Below the pieces are notes generated by a model that was given only the letters and a program-made list of their open reading frames with translations, had not been told where the DNA came from and searched no databases. From a virus (taxonomy: Duplodnaviria > Caudoviricetes), in the IMG/VR virus record IMGVR_UViG_3300046718_001019, positions 1 through 52,828 of that record: a stretch of DNA of 52,828 nucleotides; one strand, 5' to 3'. Positions within the stretch are counted from its first letter, which is position 1. The number at the start of each line of letters is the position of its first letter. Shown here piece by piece: positions 8,983-18,002 of the stretch. The translations under genes and the position numbers were made by a program.

Positions 8983-9864
8983 ATGGCGAACAAGCGAATC
9001 TGTGTGCAGATTGATTTCAACGGCCCCACCCCGCTGGTCATCCGCTCGAACGGCACGTTCGACAAGCGGCTCTCGCTGCTGAACATCGCGCGCCTGCTGC
9101 GCGGCATCGACAAGGGCTCCCAGTGGCGCACCGACAAGAGCACCACCGGCAAGAGCACCGTCGTGGTGCAGGACACCCTCGTCCAGGCGAGCGGCACCTT
9201 CACGGCGTCCGGCGTGGTCGCGACGGACACGGCCGTCATCGGCGGCACGACGCTCACCGCGACGCAGCTGCGCGCCTCTGACACGCTGACCGTCGCGCTC
9301 GGGAACGCGGGCGACACGTTCGTCCTCAACGGCTCCACGTTCACCGCGGTGAGCGGCGCGGCCGGTGCCCAGCAGTACGACGTCAGCTCCGGCGTCAACG
9401 CCACCATCGCGGCGAGCATCGCGAACGCCATCAACACCAGCGTGGACCCGAAGGTCGTCGGCGTCGTCGAGGCGAAGTCGGCTGCGGCGATCGTCACGGT
9501 CTACGCGAAGGCGATCGGCACCTGGGCCAACACCATCCCGCTGACCAGCACGGGCGGCGCGCGCCTCGTGGCTGCGACCGCCACCCTCCTCAACGGCGCG
9601 GCGGCGGCGAACAACCAGTACGACGCGACCGGCACGAACAACGAGACGGCGGCGGAGCTGGCGCGCGCGGTCAACGTGTCCACGTCGGCGAACGTGAAGC
9701 AGGTCGTGGCGACGGTGTCCACGAACGTGGTCACGCTCACCGCTAAGACGCCCGGTGTCGCTGGCAACGCCATCACCACGACCCAGACCGGTGGCCACTG
9801 GACCGTGTCGGCGGGCACCCTGGCGTCCGGCTCGGCCGGCGCTCCCACGCAGTGGACGTTCTGA
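8983..9864 (+). CDS. Putative virion decoration/structural protein with repeated beta domain
   Basis: GGAGG RBS; two similar modules (AASIANAIN...VTVYAKAIG and AAELARAVN...VTLTAKTPG). Confidence 0.65.
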   Translation: MANKRICVQIDFNGPTPLVIRSNGTFDKRLSLLNIARLLRGIDKGSQWRTDKSTTGKSTVVVQDTLVQASGTFTASGVVATDTAVIGGTTLTATQLRASDTLTVALGNAGDTFVLNGSTFTAVSGAAGAQQYDVSSGVNATIAASIANAINTSVDPKVVGVVEAKSAAAIVTVYAKAIGTWANTIPLTSTGGARLVAATATLLNGAAAANNQYDATGTNNETAAELARAVNVSTSANVKQVVATVSTNVVTLTAKTPGVAGNAITTTQTGGHWTVSAGTLASGSAGAPTQWTF

Positions 9865-9872
9865 GGAGAACC

Positions 9873-10133
9873 ATGTCGCCCGACCAGCTCGACGAGTACG
9901 AGGTGCAGTTCCGCCGTCACCCGACGTCTCCGAACGTCATCCCCATGGCGCTCGAGCTGGTGGCGGAGTTGCGCCAGCGCGGGCTCGCGCAGCCCGTCCT
10001 GGTGCCGGAGATCCCCGCGCCGGCCGTCACCGCGCCGGAGCCGGTGGACGCCGAGCCGGCTGCGTCGCCGGAGGTGATCGCCGAGGTCGATGCGGCCCGG
10101 AAGGACCTGCCGACCGAGGAGGTGTCGCCTTGA
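9873..10133 (+). CDS. Small acidic, Pro-rich protein
   Basis: GAGGAG RBS. Confidence 0.6.
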   Translation: MSPDQLDEYEVQFRRHPTSPNVIPMALELVAELRQRGLAQPVLVPEIPAPAVTAPEPVDAEPAASPEVIAEVDAARKDLPTEEVSP

Positions 10134-10534
10134 AGCCGCTCTGTCTGCTCGCCCTGGTGGCGCTCTCCGGCTGCATCGGCAACGCGTATGCCGGGGACTT
10201 CCTCGTGCCCAACCTGCAGGACGGCGGCTGCTACGTGGTCGGCGACGACGCCGGCACCACGGCGCTCGCGCCTGTCCCGCCGGACTCGCAGATCATGGTG
10301 ACGACCACGGCAGCGGTCACCTACCGCCAGTGCATCCCCTTCAACGGGCTCGACGGCGGGCCTCCGTGCTTCGCCACGCCGACGGACGCTCCCATCCCGG
10401 TGACGACGGCGGGCATCGACCTGTGTGTGAAGTCGGGCTACCCGCTGATGAGCTTCCTCAAGGGCTCCACCAACGCGACGGTGTGCGTCTACAAGGTGGT
10501 CCCGAAGACGGTCTGCCAGATCAACTCTCCCTGA
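10130..10534 (+). CDS. Cys-containing putative lipoprotein
   Basis: GGAGG RBS, TTG start, KPLCLLALVALSGC lipobox. Confidence 0.6.
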   Translation: MKPLCLLALVALSGCIGNAYAGDFLVPNLQDGGCYVVGDDAGTTALAPVPPDSQIMVTTTAAVTYRQCIPFNGLDGGPPCFATPTDAPIPVTTAGIDLCVKSGYPLMSFLKGSTNATVCVYKVVPKTVCQINSP

Positions 10535-12372
10535 TGCTCCTCGCCCTGCTCATCGCGGCGGCGGGCATCAACCCGGCCCCGCTTGTCGATGGAGTGGGCG
10601 GGACGCCATACCCGCTGGCGCTGCCTCGTGGCTGTCGGGACCGGCTCTGCGCGCGCGGCACCGACGACATGGTCCCTGCCTTCTTCGAGTTCGCGCCCCT
10701 CGGTGGCACGGGCATGGGGACCGCGTGCGGCGCCTGCAACAACATCATCAAGTACCCGCAGGACCTCGACCAGTCGTCCGTCTGGCTGCTCGAGAACAGC
10801 GTTGTCGCGGTGCCGACCATCACCGCGAACGCCCACACCGCACCCGATGGGACGCTGACGGCCGAGCGCGTACAGATTCCAGCGACGACGGCAGGTCAGT
10901 TCTCTGCGACGTTTCAGCAGCCCAACATCAACTTCGGCGCGACCAGCGCGAGCATCTACGTCTTCGGCAACGGCGCGAGCGACACGACGGACCTGTGCCA
11001 GTGGAACGGCTCGGGCCACACGTGCGTCGCCTGCGCGTACACGAACGGCGTTTGGAGTCTCTGTACCAACCTCAACGTGAACGGCGGCGCGGCCCCGACC
11101 TTCACGATTGGCAACGTGACCGGCCTCAACGGCGGCATCAACCGCAACGCGGCCGACATCTTCGTCTGGGGCGGGCAGTGGAACTCGGGCGCGACGGTCA
11201 ACGCGTACACGCCAGCCCCGGCCGGCCGAAAGGCTGAGGCGCTCACCTTCACCCGCGCTTCGAGCGCCACGTGTCTCAAGACGGTGGGCCTGGCGCCGCA
11301 GTTGATCGCGAACGGCGACATGGTGACGTGCTCGACCGGCCAGGTCCGGGTGATGCCGGGCACGGACGGGACCAGCTACAACGGGGTGCTCGACGAGGTA
11401 GCTCGGACGAACCTCGTGATTCAGTCACAGTCCTTCGACAACGTGGCCTGGACAAAGGGACAAGTCGGTGCCCCCGTGGCGCCTACTGTCACGGCAGATT
11501 TCGCCGTTGCGCCCGACGGAACTACGACCGCCGAGCGCGTTCAGTTCGCTGCGTGCCCGGCAGTGGATTCGTCCTCGTACATCTTTCAAATCGGCCTTGG
11601 TTCTACGGCTCAGTACGCGGGTTCGGTCTGGTGCAGGGGCAACGGGAGCAATCAGACCATCTCCGCATGCGTGCAGGGTGCTGGCGGCGGAAGCGCTTGC
11701 TCTGCCGTGACCTGCCCATCGGCGGGATGGACCGTCATCTCAAGGATTGCCAGCATCACCACGACGGGCGGACCCGTCTTTGGATGCAACAACCTGAGCG
11801 CGTATACGGGCAGTTCGAACACGGGTGCAGCTGACGTGCTTCTTTGGGGAGGTCAATTCGAGCTTGGCGCCTACCCCTCCAGCTACATCGCCACCACCAC
11901 CGCGAGCGCGGCCCGTGTCGCAGACCTCGCCGATGTGGCCATCACACTGCCCGCGCTCACGCAGCTGTGCGTCGGCGACACCATCATCACCCCGTCGGAC
12001 ATCTCCGTCTCCCAAGCGGTGCTCACTGGAACGCTCGGTGACGGCGCGCTCGGTGGCGCCGCGGGCTCGACGAACTACTTCACGAGCCAGTACAGCGGCG
12101 GCACCGCGCTGGCCGTCACGTCTGGCGCAGGCCTCCCAACGAGCGCCTCGTTCGGTTCGGCGCTGACTGGTGCGCATCGCTACACGGTGTTCCACACCGG
12201 CTCGCTCCTCAGTGGCTGCGTTGACGGCATCTGCGCGGCCGGTACGGCAGGCGTGTTCTCGAACCCGACGTTCACCCGCTTCCGCCTCGGGATGTTCGCG
12301 GTGACGTCGAACAACATGGGCGGCATCACGAAGCTGGTCACCATCGACCCGACCTTCTCGAGGTGCCGATGA
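10534..12372 (+). CDS. Spike/fibre-like protein with duplicated beta-sandwich domain
   Basis: LTFTRASSAT...GVLDEVARTNL...APDGTTTA...WGGQFELGAYPSSYIATT...RVAD, motifs typical of phage spike/fibre proteins. Confidence 0.7.
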   Translation: MLLALLIAAAGINPAPLVDGVGGTPYPLALPRGCRDRLCARGTDDMVPAFFEFAPLGGTGMGTACGACNNIIKYPQDLDQSSVWLLENSVVAVPTITANAHTAPDGTLTAERVQIPATTAGQFSATFQQPNINFGATSASIYVFGNGASDTTDLCQWNGSGHTCVACAYTNGVWSLCTNLNVNGGAAPTFTIGNVTGLNGGINRNAADIFVWGGQWNSGATVNAYTPAPAGRKAEALTFTRASSATCLKTVGLAPQLIANGDMVTCSTGQVRVMPGTDGTSYNGVLDEVARTNLVIQSQSFDNVAWTKGQVGAPVAPTVTADFAVAPDGTTTAERVQFAACPAVDSSSYIFQIGLGSTAQYAGSVWCRGNGSNQTISACVQGAGGGSACSAVTCPSAGWTVISRIASITTTGGPVFGCNNLSAYTGSSNTGAADVLLWGGQFELGAYPSSYIATTTASAARVADLADVAITLPALTQLCVGDTIITPSDISVSQAVLTGTLGDGALGGAAGSTNYFTSQYSGGTALAVTSGAGLPTSASFGSALTGAHRYTVFHTGSLLSGCVDGICAAGTAGVFSNPTFTRFRLGMFAVTSNNMGGITKLVTIDPTFSRCR

Positions 12373-12974
12373 CCCGCGCGCAGTTGATCGCCATCGCAGC
12401 GGCCGTCTCCGCACTCGGGGCCGGCGCGCTCCTCTTCGTCAACAGCGCTGGCGACTTCACCTTCGACACTGTGGCCAGTGGACTGGACCGGTTCGAGATC
12501 CTCGATCGCTCTCAGTGCACACCGGCAGCATGCAACAACGCCCAGTGCACGGCAGTGAAGAACATTCTCCAGGACGCTGGCTCACCATGCACAGTGGGCT
12601 TCGCGGACTGTTCCACGCGCGTCGGGCCGGTGCTGCGCGCTTGGGCGGCCGACGCAGGTACGCCGTTCAGTTCGCAGGTCTATCAACGCGTGCGACTCAT
12701 CGGCATGCGCTGCCCTGCGGTGGACGGCGGCTTCTCGTACGGCATCATGGTCGATGACGCAGGTTTCCCGCTGTTTCAGGTGAGCGTCACTACGCCGCTC
12801 TGTGCCCGCGCGCCGCTCGACGGTGGCGGCCAGACGTGCTTGCGAGATGACGGCACCGGACCGCGGTACTTCGGCGCCGGCAATGTATTCCCCGCCGCGC
12901 AGGCGTTCGGGACTTTCTGCGACGCCGTCGAATGCACCGTCGCGTACGGCGACGATCCAAACATCACCCTCTGA
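12369..12974 (+). CDS. Secreted or membrane-anchored Cys-rich protein
   Basis: N-terminal hydrophobic segment; many Cys; recurrent DAG/DGG. Confidence 0.65.
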   Translation: MTRAQLIAIAAAVSALGAGALLFVNSAGDFTFDTVASGLDRFEILDRSQCTPAACNNAQCTAVKNILQDAGSPCTVGFADCSTRVGPVLRAWAADAGTPFSSQVYQRVRLIGMRCPAVDGGFSYGIMVDDAGFPLFQVSVTTPLCARAPLDGGGQTCLRDDGTGPRYFGAGNVFPAAQAFGTFCDAVECTVAYGDDPNITL

Positions 12975-12984
12975 GGAGCAACGC

Positions 12985-13182
12985 ATGGGCGACAAGGCAA
13001 TGACATCGGTCCTCGAGAGCATGGGCCGCGCTGCGCGCCAGGGTCGCTCTCAGCGGTACGAGAGCAAGCTCAAAAAGAAGGACCCGACGCTGGAGATTGG
13101 CGAGGTCACGCTCGAGCCGACCGAGCCGAAGCTGTCCGAGCAGGACCTGAAGGACATCGAAGAGCTCGACGTCCAGCACTGA
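12985..13182 (+). CDS. Small protein, paralogue A
   Basis: GAGGAG RBS; aligns by eye with the next ORF. Confidence 0.65.
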   Translation: MGDKAMTSVLESMGRAARQGRSQRYESKLKKKDPTLEIGEVTLEPTEPKLSEQDLKDIEELDVQH

Positions 13183-13196
13183 AGGAGACGCACGCA

Positions 13197-13415
13197 ATGA
13201 ATCACAAACACCCGATGGCGATGGTGCTCGAGGACATGGGCAAGGCGGCGCATGCCGGCCGCTCGCGCAACCTCAAGTCGAAGTTCCACAAGATGATGAA
13301 CCCCGACCACGGCGCCGGCGAGAACGTCGACCCCGTCATGGACCAGCCGCACCTCTCCGACGAGGACCTCAAGGCGCTCGAGGGCATGGGGCCCGGCGTG
13401 AACATCGGGCACTGA
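13197..13415 (+). CDS. Small protein, paralogue B
   Basis: AAGGAG RBS; shares VLE.MG.AA..GRS and P.LS..DLK..E with the previous ORF. Confidence 0.65.
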   Translation: MNHKHPMAMVLEDMGKAAHAGRSRNLKSKFHKMMNPDHGAGENVDPVMDQPHLSDEDLKALEGMGPGVNIGH

Positions 13416-13422
13416 GGAACCG

Positions 13423-14331
13423 ATGGGCTCCGACTACACGACGAAGAAGATGATCGACCGCATCGGCCTCAAGGCGATGACGTCGACGTCGTCGGGGCTC
13501 TCGTCTCAGCAGATTCTCGACCTCGCGAACGACTCTCTCCGCTCGTACGTAGTGCCGTTCACCGCGAAGCTGCGCGAGGAGCACTGGGTCGGCAAGGCCG
13601 ACTTCGTGGTGACCACCGACAGCGAGGGTGAAATCGACGTGCCCGACACCGTGGCGCAGTCGCTCCGCACCGTGTCGTGGAGCAACGCGAACGTGCTGGT
13701 GCCGCTCACACGCGTCGAGCCGGAGAACGCGTTCGGCTATCTGCCCTTCAACTCGAACGTCCCCGTCGGTTACCAGCTGCGCGGGAACACGCTCCAGGTG
13801 CTGCCCAAGTCGCCCGGCATCCTGGTGCACATCTCCGCGATGATCCGCCCGTCACAGATGGTGCTCACCGAGAATACCGGGCTCATCGACGTCGTGGCAG
13901 GTGCCGCGCTCACCCTGGACGTCGTTCCTCTGGAATGGCAGGCCGCGGCCCCCGTTTCCGTGGACCTCATCAACAGCAACAGCCCGTTCGCGCTCAAGGG
14001 CACCTTCGCAGTGGCCTCTCTCGTCGGGAACCTGCTCACGCTCACCACCGACCCGGCCGCGAGCGTCGGGTGGTTCGTGGCTGATCCTGGCACGAGCCCC
14101 TTCGCCTCCATCCCCGTCGAACTGTACGCGCTCCTCGAGCAGGACGTGGTCGTCACGCTGCACGGGATGAACGGCGACAAGCGCCTCGCCGGAGCTGAGA
14201 AGCGCCAGACGAAGATCGAAACCGACATCAAGGCGGTGATGGCGCCGAGGACCCAGGGCAGCGCGCGCCCCATCGTGAACCCCGCCGCGCCCGGCATGCG
14301 GAACTACCAAGCCCTCTGGCCCAAGAGGTAG
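13423..14331 (+). CDS. Putative head-tail adaptor (podovirus type)
   Basis: Helical N-terminus (ILDLANDSL), IPVELYALL near the C-terminus; lies before the nozzle-sized gene. Function from synteny. Confidence 0.6.
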   Translation: MGSDYTTKKMIDRIGLKAMTSTSSGLSSQQILDLANDSLRSYVVPFTAKLREEHWVGKADFVVTTDSEGEIDVPDTVAQSLRTVSWSNANVLVPLTRVEPENAFGYLPFNSNVPVGYQLRGNTLQVLPKSPGILVHISAMIRPSQMVLTENTGLIDVVAGAALTLDVVPLEWQAAAPVSVDLINSNSPFALKGTFAVASLVGNLLTLTTDPAASVGWFVADPGTSPFASIPVELYALLEQDVVVTLHGMNGDKRLAGAEKRQTKIETDIKAVMAPRTQGSARPIVNPAAPGMRNYQALWPKR

Positions 14332-14334
14332 CCC

Positions 14335-17202
14335 GTGCCGAACCATGACACGCTCGAAGTCTCCGGCCTGCAGCTGTCGAACAACGACTTCACGGGCTCG
14401 CCGCCTGGGTCGCTGGCGAAGGCAGACAACTGCGTCATCAGCCAGAAGGGCGTCATCCAGCCGCGCAACGGCAACGCCTATCAGGTGGGCATGGCTTCGC
14501 AGTTTGACCTCGCGTTCGCTCTCGCCGAGTTCCAGGGCAACCTCATTGTGCAGTACGGGCTCTCAAAGACGGACACGTCGCAGGCGCTCGGCTACGTCGG
14601 TTTCACTGGCTCTTCGGTCAACGCGTATTCTGGTGGCCCCTTCAATCCCGTCGGGGACAACGGATCGGCCACCGACTACATGCGAATGAAATTCTGCCTC
14701 GCGTCGTTGTTCATGCATTTCTGCTGCGCGTCTCAGCCCAAGTGCCTCGAGACGTTCAACGGCACGCCTCGCATGGCTGGGCTGTCGCGGATGCCGGACC
14801 CAGGTCCCGTCAACTTCGAGGGCTTCAACGCCCCTGGGTCCGCGCTGGACTGGATGCCGTACAACACCGCAGTCGGGTACCGGACTGTTCTGCGTCGGGC
14901 GACATCCAGCGGCGTGTCACTGCTCTCGCCGCCTTCAGCGGTGGCTGTCGTCACCAATCGCTTTCTCTGCCCTATCGGCGGGCTCGTTCGGACCGGAGGG
15001 AATCTCGTCACAGCCACATTCCCGAGCCGCATCGACGTCAACGTCTTCGCTGGCTCGACCTTCACCATCTCGCCCGGCGAGGCGAACTTTGCGGCGGGCA
15101 CGTACACGGTTGGCGCCATCATCGCGAACAACGCGTTCACGTTCACCAGCGTCGGCGCCAACGTCGCCAACACCGTCGCGGAGGAGATCAACTTCGGTCC
15201 GCTTTCGACTCAGATCGTGGCGTTCCTCCCGGACACGGCGATCGCTGGAGACTTCGTCCGCCTCTACCGCAGCGTCCCCACCAGTTCGTCGAGCATCGCC
15301 CCGAGCGAGAACCTGTATCTTACGGCTGAAGTGGTCCTCACTGCAGGTCACATCGCGGCCGGAGCTGTCGCGATCTTCGACTACACGCCGGTCAGCATTC
15401 CGAATGATCCGCTCTACACGAACCCCGCCGATGGCGATGGGTCGGGGTTGGATGGCGGCAACCTCCAGCCGCCGATCTATGGAGACGTGACAAACTTCGA
15501 TTCGGCCACGTGGTACTGCAACACGCGTGGTCAGCAGTCGATGAATCTCGAGATGCTCGGTGTCGGGGCAACAGCTGGCATTCAGAACAACGACACCATC
15601 ACCATCGCGGACAGCCTTCACTCGTTCACGTTGACATTCAAAACCACCGCCGTCGGCGCGACTGATGTGCAGATCTACAGCGACGGTACTCCCAGCGAGA
15701 ACATCACCTGGACGACCAAGTCGTTGGTGTCAAAGTTCGTGCAGAACGCGCACGGGTTCGGGTGGGCGATGTACAGCAATAGCTCCGTGAACAGCTTCCC
15801 TGGGAAGGTCCAACTCGCGCGGACGGATTTCTCGACCGACCCGATTCAGGTGAAGGTGTCGCGGCCTTCATCGTGGACCCCAGCACTCGCGTCCGGCACG
15901 TTCACGAACTCCACGGGCGATGCACGCGCGAATGGCCTCTGCAACAGCAAGCTCGCGATCCCCGAGGCAGTGCCGACGAACAACTTCCGCAACGTCGGCG
16001 TGCCGAACTTCTACGCCCGGCGCATCTTCGGCCTGCGCAACGCGCTCATCATCCTGAAAGAGGGCGAAGGCATCTGGTCGCTCACCGGAACGGCGGGCGA
16101 CTACAACCTCGTGCAGATCTCCAACGCGAACATCATCGCGCCGGACTGCGCGGTGGTCTGCGCTGACGCAGTCTGGGCGTACACCGACCAGGGCATTCTG
16201 CGCATCACCGACAGCGGCGGGTGCGTGGTGGTGTCGCGCGCCATCGAGACGGAGCTGATCCGCCTTGCGACGTTGTTCCCAGCCGAGACGTACGCGTGGA
16301 GCTTCGCGGTCGCGTACGAGACCGAGCGCCGCATCATGTTCTTCGTTCCGACAGGCGCTGGCACTGGGCAGGGCGGCTCGCCGCAGCTGCAGGCATATTG
16401 CTACTCGCTCGCGGCCAACGCCTGGACCGGCCCGGTCTACGTCGAGAACACCACCGCGACTGCGGGGCTCGTCACCACGGCGAAGAAGCTCTGGCTCGGG
16501 CTCTTTGATTCAGCGCTGTCGGTCGGCCTCGTGTCGGTGGAGCGCAAGACGGACAGCTACCTCGACCTCGCCGACGGTGGCATCGTTGCGCTGCTCACCA
16601 CCACACCCGATCCGCGCGTCATTCAGCTCGTAGGGCAAGTCCCCTTCCCGATTGTCGTCGGTTCCGGCATCGAACAGAACCCCAGCGGACTGCTCGGCGG
16701 AACGGTCTACCGCACCAAGGTCTCCGCTGTGCTCGGCAACAATCTCTACCGACTCGCCGAGACGCAGCCGTTCGTGACTTCTGGAGGCGCCGTGCCGGGC
16801 GCCACCATCTACAGCCCGTACCTCGTCGAGGCGCAGTTCCTCCCCCAGGGCGATCCAGCGAGCCGCAAGGCGTTGACCCGCATCACGACGCTCTACAAGC
16901 AGGACGAGTTCGCGAACTACTTCGGCAACGTCACCGTCGAGACGGACGCAGTGCAGGATGAGTTTCAGATCCCTGCCACGTTCATGGGCTTCGGTATGAA
17001 CCCGTTCGGCGCCACGCCGTTCGGTGACCCGACGCCGCTGGTGGTGGACTCGAACCCGAACGACCCGAAGTGGGTCAATGCCGGGCAGTTCCGCGTCGGC
17101 GTCCGCCTGCACGAGGTCTGGGTTGCGATGAAGCTCCAGGGCATGAAGCTCAACCTCGAGGCCGCGACCGGGCCAGCTGGGCGCGGAGGAAAGCCGGGAT
17201 GA
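14335..17202 (+). CDS. Putative tail nozzle/hub protein (P22 gp10 / T7 gp12 position)
   Basis: 955 aa beta-rich; PPGSLAKADNCVI...GVIQPRNG at the N-terminus; LIILKEGEGIWSLTG; FGMNPFGATPFG near the C-terminus. Confidence 0.6.
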   Translation: MPNHDTLEVSGLQLSNNDFTGSPPGSLAKADNCVISQKGVIQPRNGNAYQVGMASQFDLAFALAEFQGNLIVQYGLSKTDTSQALGYVGFTGSSVNAYSGGPFNPVGDNGSATDYMRMKFCLASLFMHFCCASQPKCLETFNGTPRMAGLSRMPDPGPVNFEGFNAPGSALDWMPYNTAVGYRTVLRRATSSGVSLLSPPSAVAVVTNRFLCPIGGLVRTGGNLVTATFPSRIDVNVFAGSTFTISPGEANFAAGTYTVGAIIANNAFTFTSVGANVANTVAEEINFGPLSTQIVAFLPDTAIAGDFVRLYRSVPTSSSSIAPSENLYLTAEVVLTAGHIAAGAVAIFDYTPVSIPNDPLYTNPADGDGSGLDGGNLQPPIYGDVTNFDSATWYCNTRGQQSMNLEMLGVGATAGIQNNDTITIADSLHSFTLTFKTTAVGATDVQIYSDGTPSENITWTTKSLVSKFVQNAHGFGWAMYSNSSVNSFPGKVQLARTDFSTDPIQVKVSRPSSWTPALASGTFTNSTGDARANGLCNSKLAIPEAVPTNNFRNVGVPNFYARRIFGLRNALIILKEGEGIWSLTGTAGDYNLVQISNANIIAPDCAVVCADAVWAYTDQGILRITDSGGCVVVSRAIETELIRLATLFPAETYAWSFAVAYETERRIMFFVPTGAGTGQGGSPQLQAYCYSLAANAWTGPVYVENTTATAGLVTTAKKLWLGLFDSALSVGLVSVERKTDSYLDLADGGIVALLTTTPDPRVIQLVGQVPFPIVVGSGIEQNPSGLLGGTVYRTKVSAVLGNNLYRLAETQPFVTSGGAVPGATIYSPYLVEAQFLPQGDPASRKALTRITTLYKQDEFANYFGNVTVETDAVQDEFQIPATFMGFGMNPFGATPFGDPTPLVVDSNPNDPKWVNAGQFRVGVRLHEVWVAMKLQGMKLNLEAATGPAGRGGKPG

Positions 17203-17636
17203 GCGAGGTCGTCTCCAAGGTGGCCGCGCTGCGTCCCGACGGCATGCTCCTCATGGGGCAGCGTCGCGACAACGGGAAGTTTTCCCTGCCCGGTGGCCAC
17301 CTGGACGACGGCGAACACCCGGAGATGGCCGCGCACCGCGAGCTGGGCGAAGAGACGGGGCTCGACACCGACGTCATGCACCACCTGGGGACGAAGGACG
17401 TGAAGGACGGCGCCGTTCGCGTGCACGCCTACCAGTGCGACGTCAGCGGTGAGCCCGACGGAGACCAGGACCCGGACGGGGAGTTCCAGAAGTTCGTCTG
17501 GGTGGACCCGGAGAACATGCCGCGCGAGGTGATGAGCAACCTGCACAACAGCCCCGACGTCGTGCTCGAGCTCATCGGCGCCAACGGGAAGCCCTGGGCG
17601 TCGATGCACGCGGAGCCGGACCAGGACGACGCGTGA
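17199..17636 (+). CDS. Nudix hydrolase
   Basis: Complete Nudix box GGHLDDGEHPEMAAHRELGEETGL. Confidence 0.92.
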   Translation: MSEVVSKVAALRPDGMLLMGQRRDNGKFSLPGGHLDDGEHPEMAAHRELGEETGLDTDVMHHLGTKDVKDGAVRVHAYQCDVSGEPDGDQDPDGEFQKFVWVDPENMPREVMSNLHNSPDVVLELIGANGKPWASMHAEPDQDDA

Positions 17637-18001
17637 TCTCCCTTCCGAACTACCGCGTCACCGAAGACGACTTGCCCGACATGGACAAGAAGACAAAGCA
17701 CGCGCTCGAGCCGTTGCTCTCCGGGCTCAATCGCACGCTGACGGCGATCGTCACCGTCCTGAACAGCCTGCCGTTCCCGGAGAAGAGGATCAGCTCCATC
17801 ACCACCGACGGCACGGGTCACGCAACTGTGAGCCTGAAGCTCGACGGGTCTCCCGCCCAAGAGGTCTGGCTCAGCGCCATCGCTCCTGCGCCCGTGGCGG
17901 TGTTCTCCATGGTTCCGACTCCGATAAGGTCCGGAGCACAGCTCGACTTCTACGGCCTCGCCGCGTCCACCACCTACAAATTCACCGTCAGGTACATCTG
18001 A
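17633..18001 (+). CDS. Hypothetical protein, probably tail-associated
   Basis: GTGA coupling; position in the structural block. Confidence 0.6.
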   Translation: MISLPNYRVTEDDLPDMDKKTKHALEPLLSGLNRTLTAIVTVLNSLPFPEKRISSITTDGTGHATVSLKLDGSPAQEVWLSAIAPAPVAVFSMVPTPIRSGAQLDFYGLAASTTYKFTVRYI

Positions 18002-18002
18002 A

